The notes beneath the pieces are model-generated. The model was not told the origin of the DNA. It made no database searches and was given only the letters and a program-made list of their open reading frames with translations. A stretch of 64,000 nt of DNA from Planctomycetales bacterium (lineage in GTDB: Bacteria > 4484-113): assembly GCA_037441675.1 (NCBI GenBank), contig JBBIRS010000001.1, positions 160,001-224,000 of the forward strand, written 5' to 3'. Made by a program: the position numbers and the translations under genes. This document shows, piece by piece, positions 1 through 9,451 of this stretch (position 1 is its first letter; each line of letters begins with the position of its first letter).

Positions 1-1093
1 CCGAGTTTTTCTGTATTAGTTCAGCTTCTGGCATATCGTATTCATCATGAATTTCTCCGACGATTTCCTCTAAAATGTCTTCAATTGTAACGAGCCCGGA
101 GACGCCTCCATATTCGTCAGAAACAATTGCCATATGCGTCTTATCGCGCTGTAAATCGTGTAATAGCTCATCAATAGGTTTGCTCTCAGGGACGAACATC
201 GCCGGTGCTAATATATCCTCTATCTTACCCATTTCCCGATTCTTTGCTATCGCTTTCATAAGGTTGCGTATGTGTAATATGCCAATAATGTTGTCAATTG
301 AGTGGCTATATACGGGAAATCTCGAGTAAGGTGCTTCGGAGATTTCGCTAAGTATCTTTTCAGGCTCATCTTCAGCATCAATGGCAATAATGTCAACCCG
401 CGGTGTCATAATTTCTTTTGCGGTTTTCTCACCCATTTCAAATATGGCTGAAATCATTTCCTTTTCTCTATGCTCTAGTTCCTCTTCTTCAGCTGCGGTT
501 GTCTCATAAATGTTCAAATCGTGCATACCTAGCTTTTCTGGAAGCTTAGCCAGGTTGCTTGTAAGATTCGCTAGGCTTGCTGGAATTGCGACAAGAGGGC
601 TTAAAGCTTTTTGCAAGAGATAGATTAACTTGGCATTCTTTATTAAGAAATCTGTTCCTGCAAGAAGAAGTATCGGCAGAAGGCATCCAAATAAACCAAA
701 GACAAACCCCGAGAGTAAGAAAGCAATTAAACCAATTAGCGCTAAATGAATGCCCGCCTCAATTCCGCCACGGCTGATTAGATAAAAAAGGCCCAAGGTC
801 ATAAGTAGAACCCCAAGAGTTAGAGATATGAAAGCTCCTCCAGCAATAGCTAAAGTGGTTCTAGCGGGCTTGCGAAGCATTCGCCGTAGACGATTAATGT
901 CCTTATTTTCGCCCGTTTCTTCAAAGGGTGCGATTTCGCCTGGGTCAACACTAAGCAGGCTTGCAAAGGCTGTAGAGGTAAAGGCAGAAACCAGAAGCAA
1001 TAGCACTATCCCACCCCCAACCATTAGGCTGTTAAGTGCAGTAGTCTGCACGATTCCCACAGCGATGATTGTTTCTAAGGGCTCAGTGTCCAA
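1..1093 (-). CDS. Hemolysin/CNNM family protein (DUF21 TM + CBS pair, TlyC/CorC-like); 3' end outside window
   Basis: Manual translation of the minus frame (absent from the ORF track because no stop in window): hydrophobic N-terminus, then HMAIVSDEYGGVSGLVTIEDILEEIVGEIHDEYD; TTG start overlaps the ybeY stop, a usual ybeY-corC synteny. Confidence 0.9.
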   Translation of the reverse strand, partial: MDTEPLETIIAVGIVQTTALNSLMVGGGIVLLLLVSAFTSTAFASLLSVDPGEIAPFEETGENKDINRLRRMLRKPARTTLAIAGGAFISLTLGVLLMTLGLFYLISRGGIEAGIHLALIGLIAFLLSGFVFGLFGCLLPILLLAGTDFLIKNAKLIYLLQKALSPLVAIPASLANLTSNLAKLPEKLGMHDLNIYETTAAEEEELEHREKEMISAIFEMGEKTAKEIMTPRVDIIAIDAEDEPEKILSEISEAPYSRFPVYSHSIDNIIGILHIRNLMKAIAKNREMGKIEDILAPAMFVPESKPIDELLHDLQRDKTHMAIVSDEYGGVSGLVTIEDILEEIVGEIHDEYDMPEAELIQKNS

Positions 1094-1580
1094 AGTTTTC
1101 TACCTCTACCTTGAAATACTCAAATATCTTCCTCTCTAGTTTGCTCATCTTATGGTAATCAGCCTTTCTATGATGGTCTAACCCAAGTAAATGAAGAATA
1201 CCATGACAACATACCGCAAAGAACTCATCCTCTTCACTGTTCTTGTTTCTATTAGCTTGCCTTCTCACTTGACTGAGATTCACAACAACATCTCCCAATA
1301 AAAGCGGGTTTCTATGAGCCTTAATCCTAACGCCAAGTTTGCCCTCTTCTTCCAAATGGTTTTCTATATTATCCATAGGAAAGGATAGAATATCCGTAAT
1401 CGCATCTTTACCGCAAAATTCCTTATTCAAACTCCGTATGTACTTATCCCCGCATACCATAATGCCCAATTCGTCATCAGAGCTCATTCCTAGTTTACCT
1501 ATAAGATTTCTAATCTTTTCCTCAATACATTTTCTAAAACTAGGGATTTTTCTTATTTGCCATCGGAAGATTAGCCCCAT
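1083..1580 (-). CDS. ybeY: rRNA maturation endoribonuclease YbeY
   Basis: LNKEF..KDAITDILSFP, LLGDVVV and HGILHLLGLDH zinc motif. Confidence 0.95.
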   Translation of the reverse strand: MGLIFRWQIRKIPSFRKCIEEKIRNLIGKLGMSSDDELGIMVCGDKYIRSLNKEFCGKDAITDILSFPMDNIENHLEEEGKLGVRIKAHRNPLLLGDVVVNLSQVRRQANRNKNSEEDEFFAVCCHGILHLLGLDHHRKADYHKMSKLERKIFEYFKVEVENFGH

Positions 1581-1624
1581 CGTTCAGATTTAATTATACA
1601 CGACCATTTTCTAAATATCTAAGG

Positions 1625-2926
1625 ATGTATCATAAGTATAATCCTATGCCAAATCTTTCTATTCCATACGGCAAGAGCTACTCCATCTTCCCTCTAGAAT
1701 GTACTGGCTTGCAAATTGTTGAGTTAAAACCCGACATCACAACATTTTCGAGTGACTTCGTTTCTAATCTGCGTGAATCCTTAAGCTTCCCCGTTGGTTC
1801 TACTCCGCTTACCCACTTTATGCGTGAAGCCAAAAAAGTTCTTCTAGTTCTTTCTGACCCAACTCGTAAACTATCGTATGAATGCTGGCTTCATATTCTT
1901 CTTGAAGAAATTAGGAGAAGCATTTCCTCTTCTTCTCGGGTATTTTCAATAATTGGAACTGGCACTCACAGGGCATACTCTCATCAAAATATCCTAGAAT
2001 TCCTGGGAACTGAAATTGATTATCTGATACACGATTGCGATAATGAGCCCTCACTTGTTTATCTTGGAAAGAGCTCCAGAGGCACCGAGTTTGTCGTTAA
2101 CAAGCTACTTACAGAAGTAGACGCCATTGTTACAACGGCTAGTATCACTTTTCATTACTTCTCGGGCTTTACCGGTGGCATTAAGGCAATATTTCCCGGC
2201 TTAGGTGGTCGTGACGCAATAACGTACAACCATAGCTTGTCCCTAGTTCCGCAAAAGGGAGAGTTTCATCCCGCCTGCCGTCCAGGCAACCTGAATAACA
2301 ATCCTGTTTACGAAGATTTCCTAGAGATAGTTAAGCTACTGCCACCTATATTTTCCGTTAATGTCATTCTTGACCTTGCTGGCAATCCCATTGCGTTTTT
2401 CTCAGGCGACCCAATTTCCGCACACCGGGAAGGGTGCATGTATTATTCAAGGCACTTTTCCGCAAGAACTTCAGAGGCTCTTCAATACGTAATTTTGAGT
2501 GCTGGTGGATACCCCAGGGATATAAGCCTTTACCAAGCCCACAAAGCCCTCAAATCCGTTGAGTTTGCCTTAGCAGAACAAGCTGAGATTTTTTTCTTTG
2601 CAGAATGCACCGAGGGGCTAGGACATCCTGCCTTTCACCGATGGGAAGGTAGCACAAAGGTAGACGTTGTAAAACGACTTAAGAAGGGTTACGAGCCTTT
2701 AGCTCACCTAGTTCTCTCCCTTCTAAACTTGGCAGAGAAGCACAATATCTATGTCATTTCTTCCCTACCTCCAGACGATCTTTTGTCCTTTGGAATGATC
2801 CCATTGGGGAAAGATGAGATTGGGCGTGAAATAGCTAAGAGTATAGCCATCTCCTCAAGAAGCGAGAAGATATTTGTTCAGCCTTTTGGGGCAGAAGTGT
2901 TAGTGAGCAGAGAGATAATGAATTAG
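1625..2926 (+). CDS. LarA-family nickel-pincer racemase/epimerase (DUF2088)
   Basis: DPTR, GTHR, HD, HYFSGFTGGIKAIFPG, SAGGYPRDISLYQAHKAL and AECTEGLG motifs; start may be the downstream ATG at 1646. Confidence 0.85.
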   Translation: MYHKYNPMPNLSIPYGKSYSIFPLECTGLQIVELKPDITTFSSDFVSNLRESLSFPVGSTPLTHFMREAKKVLLVLSDPTRKLSYECWLHILLEEIRRSISSSSRVFSIIGTGTHRAYSHQNILEFLGTEIDYLIHDCDNEPSLVYLGKSSRGTEFVVNKLLTEVDAIVTTASITFHYFSGFTGGIKAIFPGLGGRDAITYNHSLSLVPQKGEFHPACRPGNLNNNPVYEDFLEIVKLLPPIFSVNVILDLAGNPIAFFSGDPISAHREGCMYYSRHFSARTSEALQYVILSAGGYPRDISLYQAHKALKSVEFALAEQAEIFFFAECTEGLGHPAFHRWEGSTKVDVVKRLKKGYEPLAHLVLSLLNLAEKHNIYVISSLPPDDLLSFGMIPLGKDEIGREIAKSIAISSRSEKIFVQPFGAEVLVSREIMN

Positions 2927-2993
2927 TCCTTTATTAAATTCACGAACATTCTCGCAACCAAGCTAAGTTTCCATTTTTCTAACGCGCTTTCGC

Positions 2994-3022
2994 TTTACAT
3001 CACACAAATCTCAGGGTAATAT
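2994..3022 (+). promoter_or_regulatory. Sigma70-type promoter for tRNA-Gln
   Basis: TTTACA-N17-TAATAT, 13 nt before the tRNA. Confidence 0.6.
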
Positions 3023-3035
3023 AACTCAAGGTGGT

Positions 3036-3106
3036 TGGGGAGTCGTCTAATGGTAGGACAGTGGACTCTGGATCCATTAGTCGGGGTTCGAATCCCTGCT
3101 CCCCAG
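3036..3106 (+). tRNA. tRNA-Gln(CTG), CCA not encoded
   Basis: TGGGGAG/CTCCCCA acceptor stem, GTGGA-CTCTGGA-TCCAT anticodon arm, GGTTCGAATCC T-arm. Confidence 0.96.
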
Positions 3107-3178
3107 CGCCGAATACCTTCAATCCTCTTTTTTGCAATGGGTAATAGGTGTGAATTCCTAGTTTCTAGGACTATTCTA

Positions 3179-3204
3179 AATTACATAACTTAATTACATA
3201 ACTT
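3179..3204. repeat. 13-bp perfect tandem duplication AATTACATAACTT x2 spanning the galK stop
   Basis: Read directly from the sequence. Confidence 0.85.
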
Positions 3205-4350
3205 ATGAGCATTTTTTTCGAGCCAAACCTCAGCCCCCCCACAACTTCTTACCCTAAAACTTCTTATTTTCAATCCATACTTCTCAAAGTATTCATTTGA
3301 AAGAATTGGCAGATAGCCCTCTATACTTCCTTGTTCAACCAGGGCAAGAGCGGAACCACCAAATCCGCCTCCAACAATTCTACTACCAAAGACAGCTTCC
3401 TTTGCGTTGAGCCAATCAACTATAAAGTCTATCTCAGGAGTGCTCACCTCGTAATCAATTTTCAAGCTATTATGTGATTCTGATAAGAGTTTTCCCATTC
3501 GAGAAACATCTCCATTTTCTAGCGCTTCTGCAAAGTGCAGCACGCGATTATCCTCTGTAATGACGTGCCTTAATCTCCTAGCGGAGATATTATCAAGAGT
3601 AGGGAGAAGTTCAAGCGTTTCATTCTTGACCTCCCACAAAGACTTACCCTTCGGAAAATTAGTCATGATCTTCATAATAGCTTCTTCTGTCTCAGCCCTT
3701 CTCTTGTTGTATCCGCTTTGCGCGAGAGCTCTTGGTTTTCCACTATCAATTACAAAAAGTTCAGCTGTTCCAAAATTTGCGGGAATTTTCACATAGGTAT
3801 TGTCATGACAGTTTAGAACAATAGCCATATTTTCTTCGCCTAATATTGAGACAAAAGGGTCCATCAACCCGCACTTTGTCCCTAGAGCCCTATATTCTGC
3901 ATTAACGCACAACTCCGTCAATGCAACTGGACTTAGCTCTTTCTCGCCTTTCAAGGCTATAGCCGCTTCCACAACTGCCACACTGAACGCAGCTGAACTA
4001 GACAAGCCAGCCCCTATTGGCAGGTCACTGTCAACATAAATATGAATCGGAGGAAACTTTAATTCTTCCAAGATTTCTTCAACCAACTCTCTAGCTGACC
4101 GGAGGTTATCCTCATCGGCTGGTATATTTTTTGAGCTCAGTTGTCTGCTGAAGAGTATTGTTTTACCGTCCTTGGCTATACCAATAGCCGCACCCACACC
4201 CAAATTTATTGACATAGGTAGAACATGTCCGCCCACGTAATCTATATGTTCTCCGATGAGATTTATTCTTCCTGGCGCCCTTGCCATCACTTGAGGTTTA
4301 ACGCCAAAATGCCTCTTGAAACCAGCTTCTAGCTTTTCCCACGATATCAT
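3190..4350 (-). CDS. galK: Galactokinase
   Basis: APGRINLIGEHIDY, PIGAGLSSSAA, CGLMD, YNKRRAE and GSRIVGGGFGG GHMP/GalK motifs. Confidence 0.95.
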   Translation of the reverse strand: MISWEKLEAGFKRHFGVKPQVMARAPGRINLIGEHIDYVGGHVLPMSINLGVGAAIGIAKDGKTILFSRQLSSKNIPADEDNLRSARELVEEILEELKFPPIHIYVDSDLPIGAGLSSSAAFSVAVVEAAIALKGEKELSPVALTELCVNAEYRALGTKCGLMDPFVSILGEENMAIVLNCHDNTYVKIPANFGTAELFVIDSGKPRALAQSGYNKRRAETEEAIMKIMTNFPKGKSLWEVKNETLELLPTLDNISARRLRHVITEDNRVLHFAEALENGDVSRMGKLLSESHNSLKIDYEVSTPEIDFIVDWLNAKEAVFGSRIVGGGFGGSALALVEQGSIEGYLPILSNEYFEKYGLKIRSFRVRSCGGAEVWLEKNAHKLCN

Positions 4351-5435
4351 TCCGCGAAGTATAAGATGCCCATATCCCAGTACTTCCAGACAATGCTACC
4401 GCCCGATGCCGGCCATTTCATGAAAAACATCATTTCGCTTATCGCATCGTCCCAATCCGTGTAGAAGGTGACAAATCCTGCTACCGAGTGAGGACTATTA
4501 TTCAAGTGTGGCAGGGACTTAAACGGCATACGGAGAATGAATCTATACTTCTCATTAGTAATTTCTGTTTGAGCAGTAGCGTCTTTGACCTGTCCCCAAA
4601 AGCCTAGCCCACCACTTGGCGTCTCTCCGCCCATCCTCGTTACCTCTGGTTTTTCCATTAGTAAGTTGGCAAAAACCCAAAAGTCGTCTTTATTCCACTT
4701 ATTGAACCCAGTTGGACCCTCGGAATAATCCCATTCCGTCGTATTATTTAGAGCATTAAATACAAAATTTATTCGGTCGCTATCCCAGGTTCCTCCAACT
4801 CGGATTTTGTCATCTACAATCTCTCCCCATACGTAAAGATTTTCATCATCATATCCAAAGCAAATCTTACCAAGAAGGTCTTTCTCGCCATCCCGTTCAC
4901 CCTGCACAGAGTGAGAAAATTCTTGAGTGAAAACATCTCGCATCACCAAATTTGAAAATTCTTCTATTTTTGGTTCAAAAGTTACCTTGCGAGCTACTAG
5001 CATTACTCGTGACGATTTTTCATCAACCTGTGACCATTCAATTCTCGCTGTTTCAGCTGATTCAACGGTTTTCATTTTTATCTTTACCGGTATTCTTCCT
5101 CCTCTATACAGATACACGTATTGAGGGATTTTGCCCTCGGAAATGATATAGGTTTCACCCCTAATAGGTAAAAATCTCACAGTGCCCTCTGCCTCCCAGA
5201 TAACTGGTGCTAGTGGTTCTAGCCTTTTCTCATTACGGATCAGTCTCGCAGTTCCCGGGGGATCACCGTAACAGCCCACGACAAATTCAACTCCCTCCGC
5301 AGTTATCTCCAATGGTAGTCGATGAATGAAACTAAAGCTTCCACCTCTAGATAGCCGTGTAACGTTGATGAGAAGTGTATGCATTCCCGGAGGCAGTTCT
5401 GGAAGAGTGCAAGAAAAGACATTTCTTTCCCTCAT
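4347..5435 (-). CDS. CBM9/DOMON-like sugar-binding domain protein (possibly the C-terminal part of the upstream gene)
   Basis: FGYDDENLYVWGEIVDD..WDSDRINFVFN..YRFILRMPFKSL resembles CBM9-like domains; ATG at 5435 overlaps the upstream TGA (ATGA); ORF track start is 5447. Confidence 0.6.
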   Translation of the reverse strand: MRERNVFSCTLPELPPGMHTLLINVTRLSRGGSFSFIHRLPLEITAEGVEFVVGCYGDPPGTARLIRNEKRLEPLAPVIWEAEGTVRFLPIRGETYIISEGKIPQYVYLYRGGRIPVKIKMKTVESAETARIEWSQVDEKSSRVMLVARKVTFEPKIEEFSNLVMRDVFTQEFSHSVQGERDGEKDLLGKICFGYDDENLYVWGEIVDDKIRVGGTWDSDRINFVFNALNNTTEWDYSEGPTGFNKWNKDDFWVFANLLMEKPEVTRMGGETPSGGLGFWGQVKDATAQTEITNEKYRFILRMPFKSLPHLNNSPHSVAGFVTFYTDWDDAISEMMFFMKWPASGGSIVWKYWDMGILYFAE

Positions 5436-8400
5436 TTGCACCACCAAATTCTTTTTCGCAATTTCTCAAATAAAGGGATAATTCTCCTGCTCCGCTTCCA
5501 AGTAGTTAAGAGCGAATTCTTAAATGGTTCAGCATCTGCGCTCAGATTGAATTTATCCGAATTATCCTTGCTTTCTAGTATCAGATTAAATGAATTGCCT
5601 CTTCCCATGGGGAACTTTAATGGTGGTTCAACTTTCAAATCCCAGCTAGGGGTTATCTCCAAAGCAACTTTCACAGGCGAAATAACCGCACCCTCATGCT
5701 GAGCATATACCGTTACTTCGTATTTACCGCCGGGTAAGTTAATAGGCTCGGTTCTAAATTTTCCTTCACCAAGATAAGAAAACTTCAGTTTTTGATTTGA
5801 AACTAAAGCATAAACGTTGGGTGTGGGTGGTGGTGTTATTGCTTCTCCATTGGTATATTTCACTAGAACTTCAAAACATCTCTCTCCCTCATCCAAATAT
5901 AGTCTAGTAACTTCTTCCGCTATAATTTCAGCCTCTGAGTATCTTACAACGTTTGCCCCCTCACTTTTAAGTGAGCCAAACCAAAGTTTTTCCTGTAAAT
6001 TTGGTGTTTCATAGTCGTCGTCTTTATCTATTACTGTGATGGGCGATAGCCCCATGCCCTTTCCGATTCTCTCGGAAAGCGCAATCTGAAATGCCTTAGA
6101 GTTATTCGGTAAATACATTCTCTCATATAGAACGTCCCTTTCAGTTCTTTGGGCGATGGTTCCCAACTTTGGGAAGATTCTCAAGAAATCTTCCTTACTT
6201 GTCCTTTCAAGGAGCCACCTGTAAAAGACCAGCTGAGTTCTCCAAGGGAAACTTGCTTCCTTGTTAATCTCCTTTCTTGCAAGTTCAATCATTTCCTCAT
6301 CCGAAAAACCAAGCGAATTAAACGCGCCCGGACGTTCCGAAAGTAGCCTCTCCATGCTCTTAGCCATATCGTCAGAGCTAATAAAGGTATTCTCAAGCCC
6401 AGCCACGTTAAACATAGCATCAATATTGTGCAAGTACTCATGAAGGGCGACCTTACTAATCCCATCCGGATGTGACTTTAAGACCGCTGCCCCGAAATAG
6501 CTAACTTTGCTCGGTTTTGCCATAATTGACACGTCCTCGCCAGGTCCCTCAGCAGCACCTCCGTAAGCCTGCTCAGCGTCTTTCCGTGCATCTCTATCCC
6601 ACGCCCAGAAAGCAATAATGCTATCGTAGTAATCTCTATCAATTCCGCGGATAATTAAGTCATTCTCAACATCACGGGAACTCATCCAGTAGAGCCCACC
6701 ACCAAGTGGCCCGCTATCTTGTGGTGGTAGCCATCTATCTATCTGGAGATAATCCAGTTTTAACGATAGCTTTTCACCTGCTACTTCGTCCATCCACTTT
6801 ATCCACTCCCCTATCTCTTGATGAAAGTTCTCAATATCTTTCTCTTCCATCTTCCAAGTAAAAGTGTTCGTGTAAAGTACCACCAGAACTCTCAGCGTCA
6901 ACACCCCAAGGCTTGGGTTAATTTGCAGAGTATTTTCATCGACGATATTTCCACCAACTCGGATAAATTCAGTTAAGAGTTCTTTCAATTCATTGCTATT
7001 CCAGAATTTGTCATCCTTAAAACTCCTTCTATCTGCTTCTTTAACTCCACTGTCAAAGTAAATGTATGGCACGACTGGACCCTTCACCCCCAAAATAGCT
7101 TCTCTTATATCTTGAATGGTGAATGGCATTCCGATATCCCAAACGGCGATTTGGCGTGGGCTCAGGTTGGAAAAGCGTCTATCGGCATTCAGCGTCTTTC
7201 TAAAAGAGCCATCTTTCGTAAATACCAGAAGCTTAATCCCGCTTAAATGTTTCTTTGGCAGAGCGGTAGCGCCATTAACCATTGTGAGTTCTTCTTCAGG
7301 CAAGTTGATCCTTCTCAATGCTGTCCAGCTAGGAGGAGTACTACCGGGATGTATGTCCAGGTTGATCTTTAAGAAGCCCAGTTCATCTTTACTAACGCTT
7401 AGATCAAACACAGATTCGCCAGCCCTGAGATTTCTTATCCTATAGGAGGCCCACTTTTGCGGAAGTCTTGGCATTAACCTCCATTCGCCTCTCGGTGCGA
7501 AAGTTATACCCGTCAGGTAACGTATTATCGCTTCATAATTTATCCCGCTTTCCCATGGCCGAATTCTATTTATCCTCCCATAAATAGCTACGGGACTTCC
7601 ATCAGGTGAATAAACCTCACACCAGGCGCCCTCCGGCGAAGCTAACCTTTGTATTGCCGCTAAGAATCTTTCTCCCAGTTGATCGTTTAATTCCCCTGCG
7701 GCAGTGAGCCAATAGGCAAGGTTATGTCCCGTACAATACCCCGAAAATGGCGTTGTCCCGGTTCTCCATCTACTCAGAATCTCATCTTTCGCCCAAATGT
7801 AATCTTTCCATTCATCTTCCTCAAGTGGTGAAAGCCAAAGCCAGTATTTTCTCAGACTGACATTTGAAAAGGGTAGAAACCATTTTTCAAGCGATATTGG
7901 GCTAATTGCAGGCGCATATGCATTGTTTTCTAGCCTGTAATTTGTTAGAATTTTAGAAAGCTTATCCGCAAGCTCCGCCGATTCCTTTTGTGTGTCATCA
8001 TCTCCGATTTCGCTTGAAAGCTCAAGAAGCGCAAGAGCGGCTTCTCTATGAATTAGAGTGTTATCTAGACTGTAAAACTCCGTTGGGAGGTAGCCATTAG
8101 GGAAACCAAGTTTGCCACTTTCAGGGCGGTCAAAGGTAGAGTAGAGCGCGCCGTGAGTATATGTTTCGTCGCCATGAAACTTAGCTCCGTAGTTCTCGTC
8201 AAGCGCCATCCCGAATAGATTTCTTTTCAGAAGTGGGAAAGCTCGTCGAATTAGGTCCCTATCCCCTGTATAGCGATAGTACCAATAGTGTTGGAGAACA
8301 ATCCAACTGGGAACTTCCGCAATCTCAACCGCAACTCTAGAAAGGGAAACGTCAGAGGGCTCTTCATTAATGTTTAAGTCAAGTGGAATTAGCATGTGCG

Positions 8401-9451
8401 AAGTGCCAAAATGCCCAACCGCTCTTCTATAATAATCCAGCATTTCCCGAACTTCGGTAAATTTCCCATTTGCCAACAAGCTAAGTATTGGCCCATTGCT
8501 ATCTCTAATCCAAAAGCCATGGTAAGAAACCATTGGAGAAACCGCACCGCTTCTTAGATCCCTCTGAACCTCAATAAGCACTGGGAGATCGTTCATAAGG
8601 TCGTTGAATCTTTCATCAGGTGTTTCAAACTTCACTCTATCCTCGTTCCATCTGCTCCACCACTTCCTAGTCTCTTCTCGCAATTCTTGCGCCTCCATCT
8701 CTCTTATCGGTGGCGCGGTTATTTCCTCATTTAAGAACGAGTAGAAGATGGCAAAGGATAGCTCCTCACCAGGCGATAGTGGTTCACACCACCATCCTCC
8801 CTCCTTTCTCTTTCTTAATTCTGAAGAAGCGGATATAATTAACCTCTTTTCATTTTGCTCAATTACATAACTTGCATCTTCAAGTCGGGAGAAATCCTTA
8901 TTGAGAGAAGGAACGACCGCTACTTTCACTCCCCTCGCAAATCGTCCACCACGCAGAACATATTCTCTAACGATTAATGGTTTAAGTGGTGGAGAACTTG
9001 TCAAGGAGTGTAATTCAACCAGATCGCTAAACTGCTTAACATATACTATCGGGGTTCCTCTTATTCTCTTTATACTCTGTGTCTGCCACTTAATAGAACT
9101 CACTCCATTTATAAGAAATTGGAGTTTCATTTCTCCCCATTCACTCTCAGCCCAATACGCGGGAGTTCCGTCCTGTGAACGAATCTGATAACCCGGACCA
9201 GTATTACCCAAAAGCGTATTGAAATCTTCAGCCACGCCTAAATATGCAAAAACAATGCCATTACCAACCGGGAAGCATCCCTTTTCCCCTAAGTAGGGAT
9301 ACTTCGCATCCTCAATTCTCCATAAAGAGAAATCATCTTCCTGGAGACCAAATGGAATCACATCATTGCTCCTTGCTTGAGGGTTGTATGCAAAACTTAA
9401 CAATAACAAAGTTATGGCTAGCTTTGAAAAAGGCAATATTCTGTTCATCAT
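5432..9451 (-). CDS. Secreted multidomain protein: six-hairpin glycosidase-like domain + HExxH metallopeptidase-like domain + Ig-like domains
   Basis: Signal peptide; YHGFWIRDS, WIVLQHYWYYRYTGD, GAWCEVY and RPWESG; PRLPQKW C-terminal beta-domain; VALHEYLHNID at 6428-6442. Confidence 0.7.
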   Translation of the reverse strand: MMNRILPFSKLAITLLLLSFAYNPQARSNDVIPFGLQEDDFSLWRIEDAKYPYLGEKGCFPVGNGIVFAYLGVAEDFNTLLGNTGPGYQIRSQDGTPAYWAESEWGEMKLQFLINGVSSIKWQTQSIKRIRGTPIVYVKQFSDLVELHSLTSSPPLKPLIVREYVLRGGRFARGVKVAVVPSLNKDFSRLEDASYVIEQNEKRLIISASSELRKRKEGGWWCEPLSPGEELSFAIFYSFLNEEITAPPIREMEAQELREETRKWWSRWNEDRVKFETPDERFNDLMNDLPVLIEVQRDLRSGAVSPMVSYHGFWIRDSNGPILSLLANGKFTEVREMLDYYRRAVGHFGTSHMLIPLDLNINEEPSDVSLSRVAVEIAEVPSWIVLQHYWYYRYTGDRDLIRRAFPLLKRNLFGMALDENYGAKFHGDETYTHGALYSTFDRPESGKLGFPNGYLPTEFYSLDNTLIHREAALALLELSSEIGDDDTQKESAELADKLSKILTNYRLENNAYAPAISPISLEKWFLPFSNVSLRKYWLWLSPLEEDEWKDYIWAKDEILSRWRTGTTPFSGYCTGHNLAYWLTAAGELNDQLGERFLAAIQRLASPEGAWCEVYSPDGSPVAIYGRINRIRPWESGINYEAIIRYLTGITFAPRGEWRLMPRLPQKWASYRIRNLRAGESVFDLSVSKDELGFLKINLDIHPGSTPPSWTALRRINLPEEELTMVNGATALPKKHLSGIKLLVFTKDGSFRKTLNADRRFSNLSPRQIAVWDIGMPFTIQDIREAILGVKGPVVPYIYFDSGVKEADRRSFKDDKFWNSNELKELLTEFIRVGGNIVDENTLQINPSLGVLTLRVLVVLYTNTFTWKMEEKDIENFHQEIGEWIKWMDEVAGEKLSLKLDYLQIDRWLPPQDSGPLGGGLYWMSSRDVENDLIIRGIDRDYYDSIIAFWAWDRDARKDAEQAYGGAAEGPGEDVSIMAKPSKVSYFGAAVLKSHPDGISKVALHEYLHNIDAMFNVAGLENTFISSDDMAKSMERLLSERPGAFNSLGFSDEEMIELARKEINKEASFPWRTQLVFYRWLLERTSKEDFLRIFPKLGTIAQRTERDVLYERMYLPNNSKAFQIALSERIGKGMGLSPITVIDKDDDYETPNLQEKLWFGSLKSEGANVVRYSEAEIIAEEVTRLYLDEGERCFEVLVKYTNGEAITPPPTPNVYALVSNQKLKFSYLGEGKFRTEPINLPGGKYEVTVYAQHEGAVISPVKVALEITPSWDLKVEPPLKFPMGRGNSFNLILESKDNSDKFNLSADAEPFKNSLLTTWKRSRRIIPLFEKLRKRIWWCK

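Noticed and set aside
75..1139. Plus-strand ORFs 75-329, 577-777 and 828-1139
   Set aside because: Antisense shadows of the hemolysin/CBS gene; the same applies to most short ORFs overlapping well-supported genes
5432..5434. Stop-codon recoding (Sec or alternative code) at TGA
   Set aside because: The downstream ORF is in a different frame, and conserved genes such as secA, ybeY and sdhA end normally at TGA
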